Source: an uncultured Dehalococcoidia bacterium (lineage in GTDB: Bacteria > Chloroflexota > Dehalococcoidia > UBA2247 > RBG-13-53-26). From it: a stretch of DNA of 50,078 bases. A program made the translations under genes and the position numbers. Under the pieces are notes generated by a model. The model saw only the letters and a program-made list of their open reading frames with translations, searched no databases and was not told the DNA's origin. Of the stretch, positions 25,314 to 34,652 are shown piece by piece. Location: the NCBI GenBank assembly GCA_964617695.1, contig CAZTYW010000007.1, positions 1-50,078 of the forward strand. The letters run 5' to 3'. Each line of letters starts with the position of its first letter. The stretch's first letter is position 1.

Positions 25314-25853
25314 CTATACCTTCACCTTGCCGAATCTCTCCCACTCGCTGTAAAGGCAGCCACAGTATTTCTGTCTATACAGGCCAAGCTCTTTGCTCAT
25401 CCTGACGCTTTCGCTGTAGCCGGGTGTGAGGTCCTCGTAGAGATAACCCACTCCTTCTCGCTCAGCGACCTCCTCACCCACCTCCCTCAGAAGCTGCTGA
25501 TTCTGGTAAGGACTGACGAGCAGTGTGGTGGTGAAAGCATCAAAACCCTTGAGCCTGGCTATGGTAGCTGTCATACCCAGGCGAAGGCGGAAACAATCAG
25601 AACAGCGCTCGCTCTCGTGTCCGACTACTTCCCGAAAATAGTTGACGACATCGTAGCCCTCGGAGGCGATCAGTGGGAGGCCCTCTGCCTGAGCAAAGTC
25701 CTCCAAAGCCCGCAGGCGCTGCTTGTGCTCCGTGAAAGGATGGATGTTGGGGTTGTACCAAAAACAGGTGACCTCCTGGCCCCTCTCCCGCCAATACTTG
25801 ACGCAGTACGTGGCACAGCCAGCACAGCAGGTGTGCAGAAGCAGAGAAGCCAT
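25314..25853 (-). CDS. queH: Epoxyqueuosine reductase QueH
   Basis: LLLHTCCAGC, YNPNIHP, RCSDCF..RL, FTTTLLVSPYQ, LYRQKYCGC.YS. Confidence 0.92.
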   Translation of the reverse strand: MASLLLHTCCAGCATYCVKYWRERGQEVTCFWYNPNIHPFTEHKQRLRALEDFAQAEGLPLIASEGYDVVNYFREVVGHESERCSDCFRLRLGMTATIARLKGFDAFTTTLLVSPYQNQQLLREVGEEVAEREGVGYLYEDLTPGYSESVRMSKELGLYRQKYCGCLYSEWERFGKVKV

Positions 25854-25857
25854 GGCC

Positions 25858-26880
25858 CTACCACAGACTCCGTTGATTGGACTGATTCCGGTCATAGGGC
25901 AGACCCAGGTGCTCATGGGCAAGCCGGGTGGCCAGCCTGCCCCGCGGAGTCCTTTCCAGAAAACCCAACTGCAGGAGATACGGTTCATAGACATCCATAA
26001 TGGTATCGGCTTCCTCGCTGATAGCAGCAGCGATCGTATCCAGCCCAACAGGCCCGCCGTTGAATTTCTCCACGATAGTCCGCAACACCTTGTGATCCAC
26101 CTCATCCAAGCCTATGCCATCAACCTCGAGTCTGGCCAGTGCATCGACGGCTACCGCCCCGGTAATGACACCATCTGCCTTGACCTGAGCATAGTCCCGC
26201 ACCCGCTTGAGCAAGCGGTTGGCAACCCGCGGCGTCCCCCGCGCTCGGCGGGCGATCTCCTTCACCCCCTCTGGCCGTATCTCGACCTTGAGAATGCTGG
26301 CGGACCGCTGCACGATCTTCTCGACAGCCTGTTCGTCATAGAAATCGAGCCTGTACACAGCGCCAAATCTGTCTCTGAGGGGAGAGCTGAGCATGGCAAA
26401 TCGAGTAGTGGCGCCAATAAGGGTGAAACGAGGGAGGTGAAGACGCAGGTTCTTTGCCCCAGGTCCTTTGCCAATGACGATGTTCAGGGCGAAGTCCTCC
26501 ATCGCCGGATACATCACCTCTTCCACCACGCGGGGCAAACGATGAATCTCGTCGATGAACAGGATATCCCCCTGTTGCAGGTTGGTTATTATGGCAGCCA
26601 AATCGCCGGCGCGCTCTATAGCTGGCCCGGAGGTAACTCGGATGCTGGCCCTACTCTCCGCAGCCACTACATAGGCCAGGGTGGTCTTGCCCAGACCGGG
26701 TGGCCCGTAGAGAAGAATGTGATCCAGCGATTCGCTTCTGGCTTTGGCGGCGGCAATGGCAATGCTGATATTCTCCTTGACCTTCTCCTGGCCGATGTAT
26801 TCGGCCAGTCTTGCGGGTCGAAGGTTGGTGTCTAGAGCGACATCTTCTTCCCTGGGCTTACCCGAGACTACTCGCTCCAT
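25858..26880 (-). CDS. ruvB: Holliday junction branch migration helicase RuvB
   Basis: [55 protein letters not shown]...RTPRGR. Confidence 0.98.
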   Translation of the reverse strand: MERVVSGKPREEDVALDTNLRPARLAEYIGQEKVKENISIAIAAAKARSESLDHILLYGPPGLGKTTLAYVVAAESRASIRVTSGPAIERAGDLAAIITNLQQGDILFIDEIHRLPRVVEEVMYPAMEDFALNIVIGKGPGAKNLRLHLPRFTLIGATTRFAMLSSPLRDRFGAVYRLDFYDEQAVEKIVQRSASILKVEIRPEGVKEIARRARGTPRVANRLLKRVRDYAQVKADGVITGAVAVDALARLEVDGIGLDEVDHKVLRTIVEKFNGGPVGLDTIAAAISEEADTIMDVYEPYLLQLGFLERTPRGRLATRLAHEHLGLPYDRNQSNQRSLW

Positions 26881-26887
26881 CCTCCTT

Positions 26888-27079
26888 CTACCTACCCTCT
26901 AGCTGGTTCCGAATGGCACGGCCAAAGACTGTGATTGCTGCCGAGCCGGCAAGCGCCAGGAGACCTGGAAGCAACCAGCCGTCGAACGTGCTGAACATCA
27001 GCACTGCCCATCCGCCCGCCATTGCGACGGCAATGACGGTGATCGGAGACCTGATCTTGTAGTTGGGGTAGGGCTTCAC
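26888..27079 (-). CDS. Small two-TM hypothetical protein
   Basis: 63 aa, two hydrophobic helices, GAGGG RBS, ends 7 nt before ruvB. Confidence 0.6.
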   Translation of the reverse strand: MKPYPNYKIRSPITVIAVAMAGGWAVLMFSTFDGWLLPGLLALAGSAAITVFGRAIRNQLEGR

Positions 27080-27344
27080 CCTGTACCCTCAGGCATTGGC
27101 ATTCTGGCGGTTTTCTAGCACTCCTCACCCGTAGCCCGATTCATGGAACTCACGTGCCAAGATTATAGGACAAAAACGCAGGAAAGATAAGCTCCGCTCT
27201 GACGGCGGGTCCGCAAGCTCGGCCCCAAAGGACCCACCAGCGTGGCTCCGCAGACCGATTTCCGTGGAGCTCCGGTGCACAAGAACCCGGCACGGATACG
27301 CTGCGACTGACCAGGAAGTGACGACCTGGCTGTCTGGTGAACGG

Positions 27345-28634
27345 CTAGGGGACAGGCCTGACCATGACGGTCTGTTCGCGCCCAGGCCCGACAGAAATGA
27401 TGTTGACCGGACACTCAATGAGCTTCTCCAGCCTCTCCACATAGGACCTGGCCGCCATGGGCAAATCCTCCGGACGGCGCGCCTCCGTCGTGGAGCATTG
27501 CCAGCCGGGCAAGTCCTCGTAAACAGGCTGGCACTTTTCCAGCACCATGGCGCTGCTGGGGAACTGATCGACAGCCTCGTCGTTTACCCTGTAGCCGGTG
27601 CAAATCCTGATGGTGGCGAGGTTGTCCAGAACATCGAGTCGCGTCAAGGCCACTGCGCTAAACCCGTTCAACTGGGCACCGAAGCGCGCAGCCACAGCGT
27701 CAAACCAACCACATCGACGTGGCCGCCCGGTCGTTGCTCCGTACTCCTGACCGGTCTCTCGGATCAACTCCCCTATCTCGTCGTGCAGCTCTGTAGGCAT
27801 GGGGCCACCACCGACTCGAGTTGTATAGGCTTTCAGCACGCCCAGGTTACAGTCAAGCTTGCATTCGAACGGGCTCAAGCCCATCCCCACGAAGGCCCCC
27901 GCGGTCACAGGCGACGAGGAGGTGACATAGGGATACGTACCGAAATCAATGTCAAGAAGGGCTCCCTGTGCCCCCTCCAGCATGACCACGTCCCCTCTTT
28001 CGAGGGCCTGTTTGACGAGCGGGCCGGTGTCACGGATGAACCCCGCAAGGAGTTCTCCATACCGGCAGTACTGCTCATAGATCTCGTCTAATGATAAGGG
28101 GGAAGCCCCATACACCCTGGTCAAGATAGTATTCTTTTGCTCCAGGGCGATGGTCAGCCTGTGGTGCAGCTCTTCCCTGTTGAGCAGCTCCCCTACGCGT
28201 ATCCCTACACGAGCAGCCTTGTCCATATAGGCCGGGCCAACGCCGCTGCGGGTGGTCCCTATTGCTTCCTTTCCTTTTGCCTCCTCTTCCAGTTGATCCA
28301 GAAGCAAATGATAGGGCATGACCACGTGAGCGCGGCTGCTGATGAAAAGCCTCGACGTATCAATCCCCTTTTCCCTGAGCTGCTGCAATTCTTCCAGCAG
28401 CACGGTGGGGGAGACCACTACGCCGTTGCCGATGAGGCACAGTGTATGAGGGTAGAAAATGCCCGACGGAATCAAGTGCAGCCTGAACACGCCGTACGCG
28501 TTGCACACGGTGTGCCCAGCATTCGATCCGCCGGAGAAGCGGGCAACCACATTTGCTTTTTCGGCGAGGAGGTCAACGATCTTGCCTTTCCCCTCATCCC
28601 CCCACTGACCCCCGATCACGGCAACTAGCGGCAT
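27345..28634 (-). CDS. purA: Adenylosuccinate synthetase
   Basis: GGQWGDEGKGK, GGSNAGHT, IGTT, EGAQG..LD..FGTYPYVTSS, EYGATTGRPRRCGW. Confidence 0.98.
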   Translation of the reverse strand: MPLVAVIGGQWGDEGKGKIVDLLAEKANVVARFSGGSNAGHTVCNAYGVFRLHLIPSGIFYPHTLCLIGNGVVVSPTVLLEELQQLREKGIDTSRLFISSRAHVVMPYHLLLDQLEEEAKGKEAIGTTRSGVGPAYMDKAARVGIRVGELLNREELHHRLTIALEQKNTILTRVYGASPLSLDEIYEQYCRYGELLAGFIRDTGPLVKQALERGDVVMLEGAQGALLDIDFGTYPYVTSSSPVTAGAFVGMGLSPFECKLDCNLGVLKAYTTRVGGGPMPTELHDEIGELIRETGQEYGATTGRPRRCGWFDAVAARFGAQLNGFSAVALTRLDVLDNLATIRICTGYRVNDEAVDQFPSSAMVLEKCQPVYEDLPGWQCSTTEARRPEDLPMAARSYVERLEKLIECPVNIISVGPGREQTVMVRPVP

Positions 28635-28674
28635 GAAGACTCACACGTCAGGCCAACTTGAAGACGGCACATAT

Positions 28675-28857
28675 TCAGTGGCGCTCCATGTAGCTCTTGC
28701 CCCAGTAGTAGAGCAGGGCCCCATTGCCAACGATTCCACCAACAATGGCAATGGCTATCACCCACGCGGGTATCACCGCAATTGCTGCCAGGATAACCAG
28801 AATGACTGCCAGCACAACAACACCAATGAAGGTCCACTGAAACGTATCATCTCTCAT
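28675..28857 (-). CDS. Small two-TM hypothetical protein
   Basis: 60 aa helical hairpin, GGAG upstream, TATAAT-like element upstream. Confidence 0.6.
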   Translation of the reverse strand: MRDDTFQWTFIGVVVLAVILVILAAIAVIPAWVIAIAIVGGIVGNGALLYYWGKSYMERH

Positions 28858-28950
28858 AACCTTTACTCCATCACAGTCAAGATTATATCACCACGGGACT
28901 GCCTGGGGCGACCGGAAGGTGTCGCCGGATGTTTAACCTCTCGGCAGTAG

Positions 28951-29553
28951 TCAAGCACCTTTCTGTGCCTGCTGTCGTACGTAGATCAGGCGCTGCGCCA
29001 CTGTAATCAGGGCGAAAGCAGTCAGCACGCACAAGGTGACAAACATCGCCTCTTCCTGCCACGGGGTCAGCATCAGTCCGAGAGACAGAATGATGACTCG
29101 CTCAGCCCGAGTGAATATTCCCACCTCGCATTCTATCCCCAGCCCCTCCGCCCTCGCTCTGATATAGCTGACCAGGACTGAGGCTGCGAACGTCGTGAAC
29201 GCCAGTATGGGTTCCAAGACGGACTGCTTGTCCACGTAAAGAATGAGAACTCCGAGAAGAACAGCCGCCTCCCCAAGCCGGTCACTGGTAGAATCAAGGA
29301 CAGCCCCAAACTTGGACGTCTGGCCCCTGGCTCGTGCCAGGGGACCGTCCAGGAGGTCGAAGACTCCGGACAGGAGCACTAGCAGCCCACCCAGGAGCAG
29401 GCGTTCTGTAGCTATGACTCCGGCAGCGGCCCCACTCAACGCCAGGCCCGCCAGAGTCAGCGCATTGGGTGTCAGCTTCGTCCTGGAGAGAATGTTGACC
29501 AGACGAGACGTGGAGAACTCGGCCGCCAGATGGCGGACTTCGGAAAGACTCAT
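28951..29553 (-). CDS. pgsA: CDP-alcohol phosphatidyltransferase (phosphatidylinositol-phosphate synthase-like)
   Basis: TPNALT, DLLDGPLAR...GAVLDSTSDR, SYIRARAEGLG, RAER; ATGA overlap with GT4. Confidence 0.88.
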   Translation of the reverse strand: MSLSEVRHLAAEFSTSRLVNILSRTKLTPNALTLAGLALSGAAAGVIATERLLLGGLLVLLSGVFDLLDGPLARARGQTSKFGAVLDSTSDRLGEAAVLLGVLILYVDKQSVLEPILAFTTFAASVLVSYIRARAEGLGIECEVGIFTRAERVIILSLGLMLTPWQEEAMFVTLCVLTAFALITVAQRLIYVRQQAQKGA

Positions 29554-30668
29554 CGACCTCGCTGTTCTAGTAGCTCCAGGTAATAGTCCATCGTTCTCCG
29601 GGCGATGGCCTCCCATGTGTGCCCCTCCACCTTGCTCTTCCCGTTGTTCCCCAATCGCTGGCGAAGCGCCTGGTCATTCAGGAGCGAGACGAGGGTCTGA
29701 GCCAGCTTTTCCTCGTTTTTCGGAGGCACCAGCAGCCCATCGAACCCGTGGGTCAGCACGTTGGCATAGCCATCTATGTCCGACGCCACAATGGGCTTGG
29801 CAGCTGCCATTGCTTCGAGCAACACGATCCCAAAACTCTCCTTGCCAACCGCCGGAATACAGAAAACGTCTGCAGTACGGTAGTATCGCGGAAGGTCAGA
29901 GTAGGACGTGTAACCGGCAAAAACCACGTCCTTCAGCTTCACTGCCTTGACCCAGTCCTTGTACCGGGACTTCTTGCCAGGGCCAACGACGATGAGCCTG
30001 GATTCCGGGATCTCCGCCTTCACCAGCTTATATGCCTTCAAGAGATATCTTATGCCCTTGCGTTCCTCGAGCCTGCTGACAAACAAGATGTTCAACTTCC
30101 CATCGCAGAATTCCTCAATCCCAGCAACATCCTGCGAGAAATGCCGCGCATCGACGCCGTGAGGGATGATGCGGTACTCCCCCGGGAAGTACCTTGAAAC
30201 GAACTTCATCGCCGGTTGGGATACGGCTATCTTTCCGTCCAACCTGTTGTAGAACCGCCTGCAAAGAGGCCTCCAGAACCAGTACCCGAAAGACCGCTTG
30301 TAGTAAGCATGGAACGTGGCCACGTTGACCGAGTGAGAAAAAGGAAGCACCATCCAGGGAAGAGAGGGAAACAAGGGCTCGTGGTAGTGGATAATGTCGA
30401 ACTTCTCCCGCTCAAGGATTGCTCTTATTCTCGGCACGAGCCACCACGATACGGTAATCCGGGCCACCGAGCCATTGGAGGGGTAAGGGAATGTCTTGCC
30501 AAGGGGAATTATGTCCTGTGAAGAGGGCAACGCCTTCTTATTCGAGCAAGGGGCAAGGACTTTCACCTGATTACCCATCTTGGCCAGGTGAACCGCGAGG
30601 TTAGAAATGTGGGTATTGACCCCGCCAGGGTAAGCGTAATCGTAAGGGGAAACGAATGCGATGTTCAT
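29550..30668 (-). CDS. GT4 glycosyltransferase, PimA-like phosphatidylinositol mannosyltransferase
   Basis: SPYD...PGGV..HI, NGSVAR, HYHEP, VATFH, RLEERKG, ESFGIVLLEAMAA. Confidence 0.82.
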   Translation of the reverse strand: MNIAFVSPYDYAYPGGVNTHISNLAVHLAKMGNQVKVLAPCSNKKALPSSQDIIPLGKTFPYPSNGSVARITVSWWLVPRIRAILEREKFDIIHYHEPLFPSLPWMVLPFSHSVNVATFHAYYKRSFGYWFWRPLCRRFYNRLDGKIAVSQPAMKFVSRYFPGEYRIIPHGVDARHFSQDVAGIEEFCDGKLNILFVSRLEERKGIRYLLKAYKLVKAEIPESRLIVVGPGKKSRYKDWVKAVKLKDVVFAGYTSYSDLPRYYRTADVFCIPAVGKESFGIVLLEAMAAAKPIVASDIDGYANVLTHGFDGLLVPPKNEEKLAQTLVSLLNDQALRQRLGNNGKSKVEGHTWEAIARRTMDYYLELLEQRGR

Positions 30669-30696
30669 CGCTCAGGGACCCCCACCTATTACTTAC

Positions 30697-31806
30697 CTAT
30701 TTACCACTTGCGCGGGCCCGTGGCAAGGTCTCGATCTTCGCCCCGTCAACAAACTCCCCAAGCTTCCTTCGCGCTTCGTCATCAGTGTACTGCACGGGCG
30801 GCGACTTCATGAAGAATGCTGAGGGGGCAGTCAGCGCACCGGAAAGACCCCTGTCCAGCGCCAGCTTGCAGCACCTGACAGCATCAATCACCACCCCGGC
30901 TGAATTCGGGCTGTCCCAGACCTCAAGCTTGAGCTCAAGGTTCAGCGGAACATCGCCGAAGGTGCGCCCTTCCATGCGTACGTAACAGAACTTGCGATCG
31001 GTTAGCCAGGGAACATGGTCGCTGGGACCAACGTAGATGTCTTCCGGCGCAAGTTGATAGTCCAACTGAGACGTGACCGCGTTTGTCTTCGATATCTTCT
31101 TGGACTCCAGACGCTCCCTTTCCAGCATGTTATAGAAGTCCGTGTTGCCGCCAAAATTGAGCTGATACGTCCGCTCGAGCTTGACCCCTCTATCACGGAA
31201 CAGCCTGGTAAGCACTCTGTGCGTAATGGTGGCTCCGACCTGTGATTTGATGTCATCGCCGATTACAGGCAGGCCGACCTCCGCAAAACGTTTCTGCCAG
31301 TATTCCTCACGGGCGATGAAAACCGGGATGCAGTTGACCAGCCCGCAACCGGCGCTGAAGACCTGCTCAACATACCACTTGGTAGCTTCCTCGCTGCCTA
31401 CAGGCAGGAAATTCACCACCACGTGTGTTTCAGTACTCTTCAGGATGCCGACAACGTCAGCAGTGGGGCCCGGCGCCTTGGTGATAATCTGCGACAGGTA
31501 CTTGCCCAGACCATCATGCGTCATCCCTCGCTTGACCTTTACCTCGGTAGGAGGCACCTCACAGAACTTATATGTGTTATTGGGTGGAGTGAATATGGCC
31601 TCCGCCAGCTCCTTGCCCACCTTGTTCTTGTCAATGTCAAACGCAGCCACGAACTCGATGTCACCGACGTGATATCCACCCAAATCGGGGGCCCTCAAAC
31701 CTGGAACGAACTCATCTGGCTTCGCATTGCGGTAGTAGTGTACGCCTTGAACCAAGGAAGAAGCACAATTGCCTACACCAATGATGGCCACATTTATCTT
31801 ACCCAA
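30697..31806 (-). CDS. ino1: Myo-inositol-1-phosphate synthase
   Basis: [52 protein letters not shown]. Confidence 0.96.
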   Translation of the reverse strand: MGKINVAIIGVGNCASSLVQGVHYYRNAKPDEFVPGLRAPDLGGYHVGDIEFVAAFDIDKNKVGKELAEAIFTPPNNTYKFCEVPPTEVKVKRGMTHDGLGKYLSQIITKAPGPTADVVGILKSTETHVVVNFLPVGSEEATKWYVEQVFSAGCGLVNCIPVFIAREEYWQKRFAEVGLPVIGDDIKSQVGATITHRVLTRLFRDRGVKLERTYQLNFGGNTDFYNMLERERLESKKISKTNAVTSQLDYQLAPEDIYVGPSDHVPWLTDRKFCYVRMEGRTFGDVPLNLELKLEVWDSPNSAGVVIDAVRCCKLALDRGLSGALTAPSAFFMKSPPVQYTDDEARRKLGEFVDGAKIETLPRARASGK

Positions 31807-31843
31807 GTTCTACGTACCTCCTTTCCCGTCGCAGGCCTGGTGC

Positions 31844-32344
31844 CTATTCGCTGGCTTGACCGGATGCTCTGACCAGCAAGACCGGCATGTCTGCAACATG
31901 GGCTATCTTATCAGCCACGCTGCCAAGGAGCCACCTGCTGAAACCCGAATGACCGTGAGCTGAAACAGCAATAAGGTCAACTTCGTTGTCCTTTGCATAG
32001 CCAATCACTCTCTCAGCGGGGGTTCCTACTTCCACCTCAGAGCGGACCTTGATCCCTTTCTCCCTCAGCCTTCCCGCGATTCGCTCCAGATATTCTCCGG
32101 CACTCACCGAGGCACGCTCTTCATACTCTTCCCTGAGGTGCCCAAGCTGCGTGGAGTAGCTCTCGGCAAGAGCAATATCGTAATGCGATGTCACCACGTG
32201 GAAGAGTATAACCTCCGCGTTCATCGCCACTGCCATTTGCTCTACGTATGGCAAAGCCGCTTCCCCCAACTCCGAGCCGTCCAACGGAACGAGTACCCTC
32301 TTGAATCGCACGTTGTCTTTCCCAGTCATTTCCTTGTTGAGCAT
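31844..32344 (-). CDS. Universal stress protein
   Basis: FKRVLVPLDGS, DLIAVSAHG.SG...LLGSVADKI...PVLLVR. Confidence 0.92.
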   Translation of the reverse strand: MLNKEMTGKDNVRFKRVLVPLDGSELGEAALPYVEQMAVAMNAEVILFHVVTSHYDIALAESYSTQLGHLREEYEERASVSAGEYLERIAGRLREKGIKVRSEVEVGTPAERVIGYAKDNEVDLIAVSAHGHSGFSRWLLGSVADKIAHVADMPVLLVRASGQASE

Positions 32345-32398
32345 ATCCTCCTATGCTATATTTTATGAACCCGAAATCCTGCCGGGAGGTAAGCCTAG

Positions 32399-33067
32399 AT
32401 GTACGATTTCCATACCCATACGTCTCTGAGTGACGGTGCCCTCTCGCCGATGGAACTGATACGGCGAGCGGCAGAGAAGGGATACCGCGGCGTCGCCTTG
32501 ACCGACCACGTCGCCCTGGGATCCCTGGAGAGAGTCATCTCCGAGCTCGCCGAAGACTGTCTCATAGCACGAAAGCATTGGGACATAATCACCATACCCG
32601 GGGTCGAACTCACCCATGTGCCCACCCAGGCCATTGCGGAGGTTGCCAAGCGGGCCAAAGAACTGGGTGCGCGCATAGTGATCGTTCATGGTGAGACCAT
32701 CGTTGAACCGGTGGAAAAGGGGACCAACCTGGCAGCAGTCCGATCGACCGACGTCGATATCTTGGCCCATCCTGGTTTGATGACTGCCGAGGAGGCCAGA
32801 CTAGCAGCAGCAAACGGCGTATTCATAGAAATAAGTGCCCGCAAAGGGCACTGTTTCACCAACGGCCACATTGCCAACTTAGCAAAGCTCACCGGGGTCA
32901 GGCTGTTACTCGCCTCTGATGCCCACGACGAATCCGACTTGCTTGATCGTTCCTTCGCGGATTCGGTACTGAGGGGCTGTGGTCTGGAAGCCAACCAGAT
33001 TGAGGACGTAATCAGCACTCACCCGCTCGATATGCTAAGTAAGCTCAAGATATCCAACTCTGGCTGA
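32399..33067 (+). CDS. PHP-domain phosphoesterase (histidinol-phosphatase-like)
   Basis: DFHTHT..SDG, TDH, GVELTH, HGET, LAHPG, SDAH. Confidence 0.88.
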   Translation: MYDFHTHTSLSDGALSPMELIRRAAEKGYRGVALTDHVALGSLERVISELAEDCLIARKHWDIITIPGVELTHVPTQAIAEVAKRAKELGARIVIVHGETIVEPVEKGTNLAAVRSTDVDILAHPGLMTAEEARLAAANGVFIEISARKGHCFTNGHIANLAKLTGVRLLLASDAHDESDLLDRSFADSVLRGCGLEANQIEDVISTHPLDMLSKLKISNSG

Positions 33068-33088
33068 ACCCAGCCTTGTTTTCCTGTG

Positions 33089-33232
33089 TTATGCCTTCCC
33101 AATCCTGAATACCGTGGTGCCACACCTCGGGCATACGCCCTTGGTTGCGGGGCGCTTGTTCTTCAAAGTGATGCTTGCCGGGTTCTTTATGTCTACCTTC
33201 GCTCTACATTTGAAGCAATACGCCTGTGCCAC
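33089..33232 (-). CDS. 47-aa zinc-ribbon protein (DUF5679-like), absent from the ORF track
   Basis: MAQAYCFKCRAKVDIKNPASITLKNKRPATKGVCPRCGTTVFRIGKA; AGGAGG RBS; TTGACA-N18-TATAGT promoter at 33261-33290. Confidence 0.85.
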   Translation of the reverse strand: MAQAYCFKCRAKVDIKNPASITLKNKRPATKGVCPRCGTTVFRIGKA

Positions 33233-33370
33233 TATCTCCACCTCCTTTTAAGCTAGGGGAACTATAATCACATTCGTAGCGAGTTGTCAAGCTCTGCCAA
33301 ACGTCGGTCTCCGTCCGTGCCGGATTGCAGACCTCGACGACCAAAACCAGTGAAGGCATCGTCGGCACGG

Positions 33371-34288
33371 TCAGGCGCTTTCCGTCAGGTCGGCAAGGTG
33401 GAACACCTTGTCAGGATGCCACAACCCTTCGTCAACTTGACGTAGCACTGCCAGGAAACGGCCATCAGAAGAGTAGGCCCGGCATCGAACGGGCGCCTGC
33501 CCCCGCACAGCCGTGACCTCAAGAGAAATGGTGCGACCGTTTCTTACCGCTGCCTCACTTGCCTCACTGAGTATAACTGCCTGCCAGCCGAGGAGTACCT
33601 CGTCGACGGCGTAGATGTAGCGCTGCCAGTGCCCGCAGCGGAAAGCATCTTCAACGGCATGCAACGGCGTGGCCTGACTGATGTGAAAGGGCTCGCTCTT
33701 GAGGCGCACGAGCTTTCTGAGGAAAGCGCCACTTCCCAGCGCAATCCCCAGATCGTGGGCCAGAGAGCGGATGTACGTGCCTCCACCGCACTCCACCTCA
33801 ACGGTGACAACCGGAGGCTGCCACCTGAGAAGCTCCAGGCGCAGGATCTGCACCTGTCTGGGCTTCCTCGGCACCTCTATCCCCTGGCGGGCAAGCTGAT
33901 ACAGGCGCTGTCCCTTGTACTTCAGAGCACTGTACATGGGGGGGACCTGCTCTACGGAGCCGCAAAAGGACAGTAGCAGACGTCGTATCTGCTCTTCGGT
34001 GACGCGCGATGCATCGCCGATCTGGACTACCCTGCCACTGGCATCATAGGTATCGGTGGCTGCGCCAAGTTCAATCTCCGCCTGGTAGGTCTTCCCCGCC
34101 CTTGTCAGGAACTCGATCGCCCTCGTAGCCTGCCCGAAGCATATGACCAGCACTCCAGTAGCTTCGGGATCAAGGGTACCGGCGTGGCCTACCCGTGGCC
34201 CACCACTTAGGCGTCGGAGCAAGGAGACTACAGAGAAGGAGGTTCGGCCCGCTGGCTTGAGGACATTCAGGATACCATCAACACTCAC
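33371..34288 (-). CDS. truB: tRNA pseudouridine(55) synthase
   Basis: KPAG.TS, VGHAGTLDPEATGVL, QVPPMYSALK..G.RLY, GTYIRSL. Confidence 0.97.
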   Translation of the reverse strand: MSVDGILNVLKPAGRTSFSVVSLLRRLSGGPRVGHAGTLDPEATGVLVICFGQATRAIEFLTRAGKTYQAEIELGAATDTYDASGRVVQIGDASRVTEEQIRRLLLSFCGSVEQVPPMYSALKYKGQRLYQLARQGIEVPRKPRQVQILRLELLRWQPPVVTVEVECGGGTYIRSLAHDLGIALGSGAFLRKLVRLKSEPFHISQATPLHAVEDAFRCGHWQRYIYAVDEVLLGWQAVILSEASEAAVRNGRTISLEVTAVRGQAPVRCRAYSSDGRFLAVLRQVDEGLWHPDKVFHLADLTESA

Positions 34289-34652
34289 TTGGTCCGTTTT
34301 CTCCGGACTCGGCGGCCGCCACCTGGTTGATTAGCTGAAGGATCTCGGCCCCTTTGTTCAGGGAGTGATCGTAGTGAAAGCTGAGCGCAGGGCAGTGACG
34401 CAGTCTGAGCCGGCCGCTTATCTCCTTGCGGAGGAAACCCGAGGCGGCCGTCAGGACTTCGAGGATCTCCTTTTCCTGCTCTTCAGTGCCGATAATGCTG
34501 ACAAACACTTTGGCGTGCCTCAGGTCGGGAGAAGTTGAGACCTGGGTCACCGTAACAAAGCCACCCAACCGCGGGTCCTTTGCCTGGCGCTGCAGCAACT
34601 CGCTGATCTCCTGGCGGATAAGGTTGTTCACCCTCTCAATTCGCCGACTCAT
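34278..34652 (-). CDS. rbfA: Ribosome-binding factor A
   Basis: RRIERVNNLIRQEIS, KDPRL, SPDLRHAKVFVS, LRHCPALSF.YD. Confidence 0.95.
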   Translation of the reverse strand: MSRRIERVNNLIRQEISELLQRQAKDPRLGGFVTVTQVSTSPDLRHAKVFVSIIGTEEQEKEILEVLTAASGFLRKEISGRLRLRHCPALSFHYDHSLNKGAEILQLINQVAAAESGENGPSEC

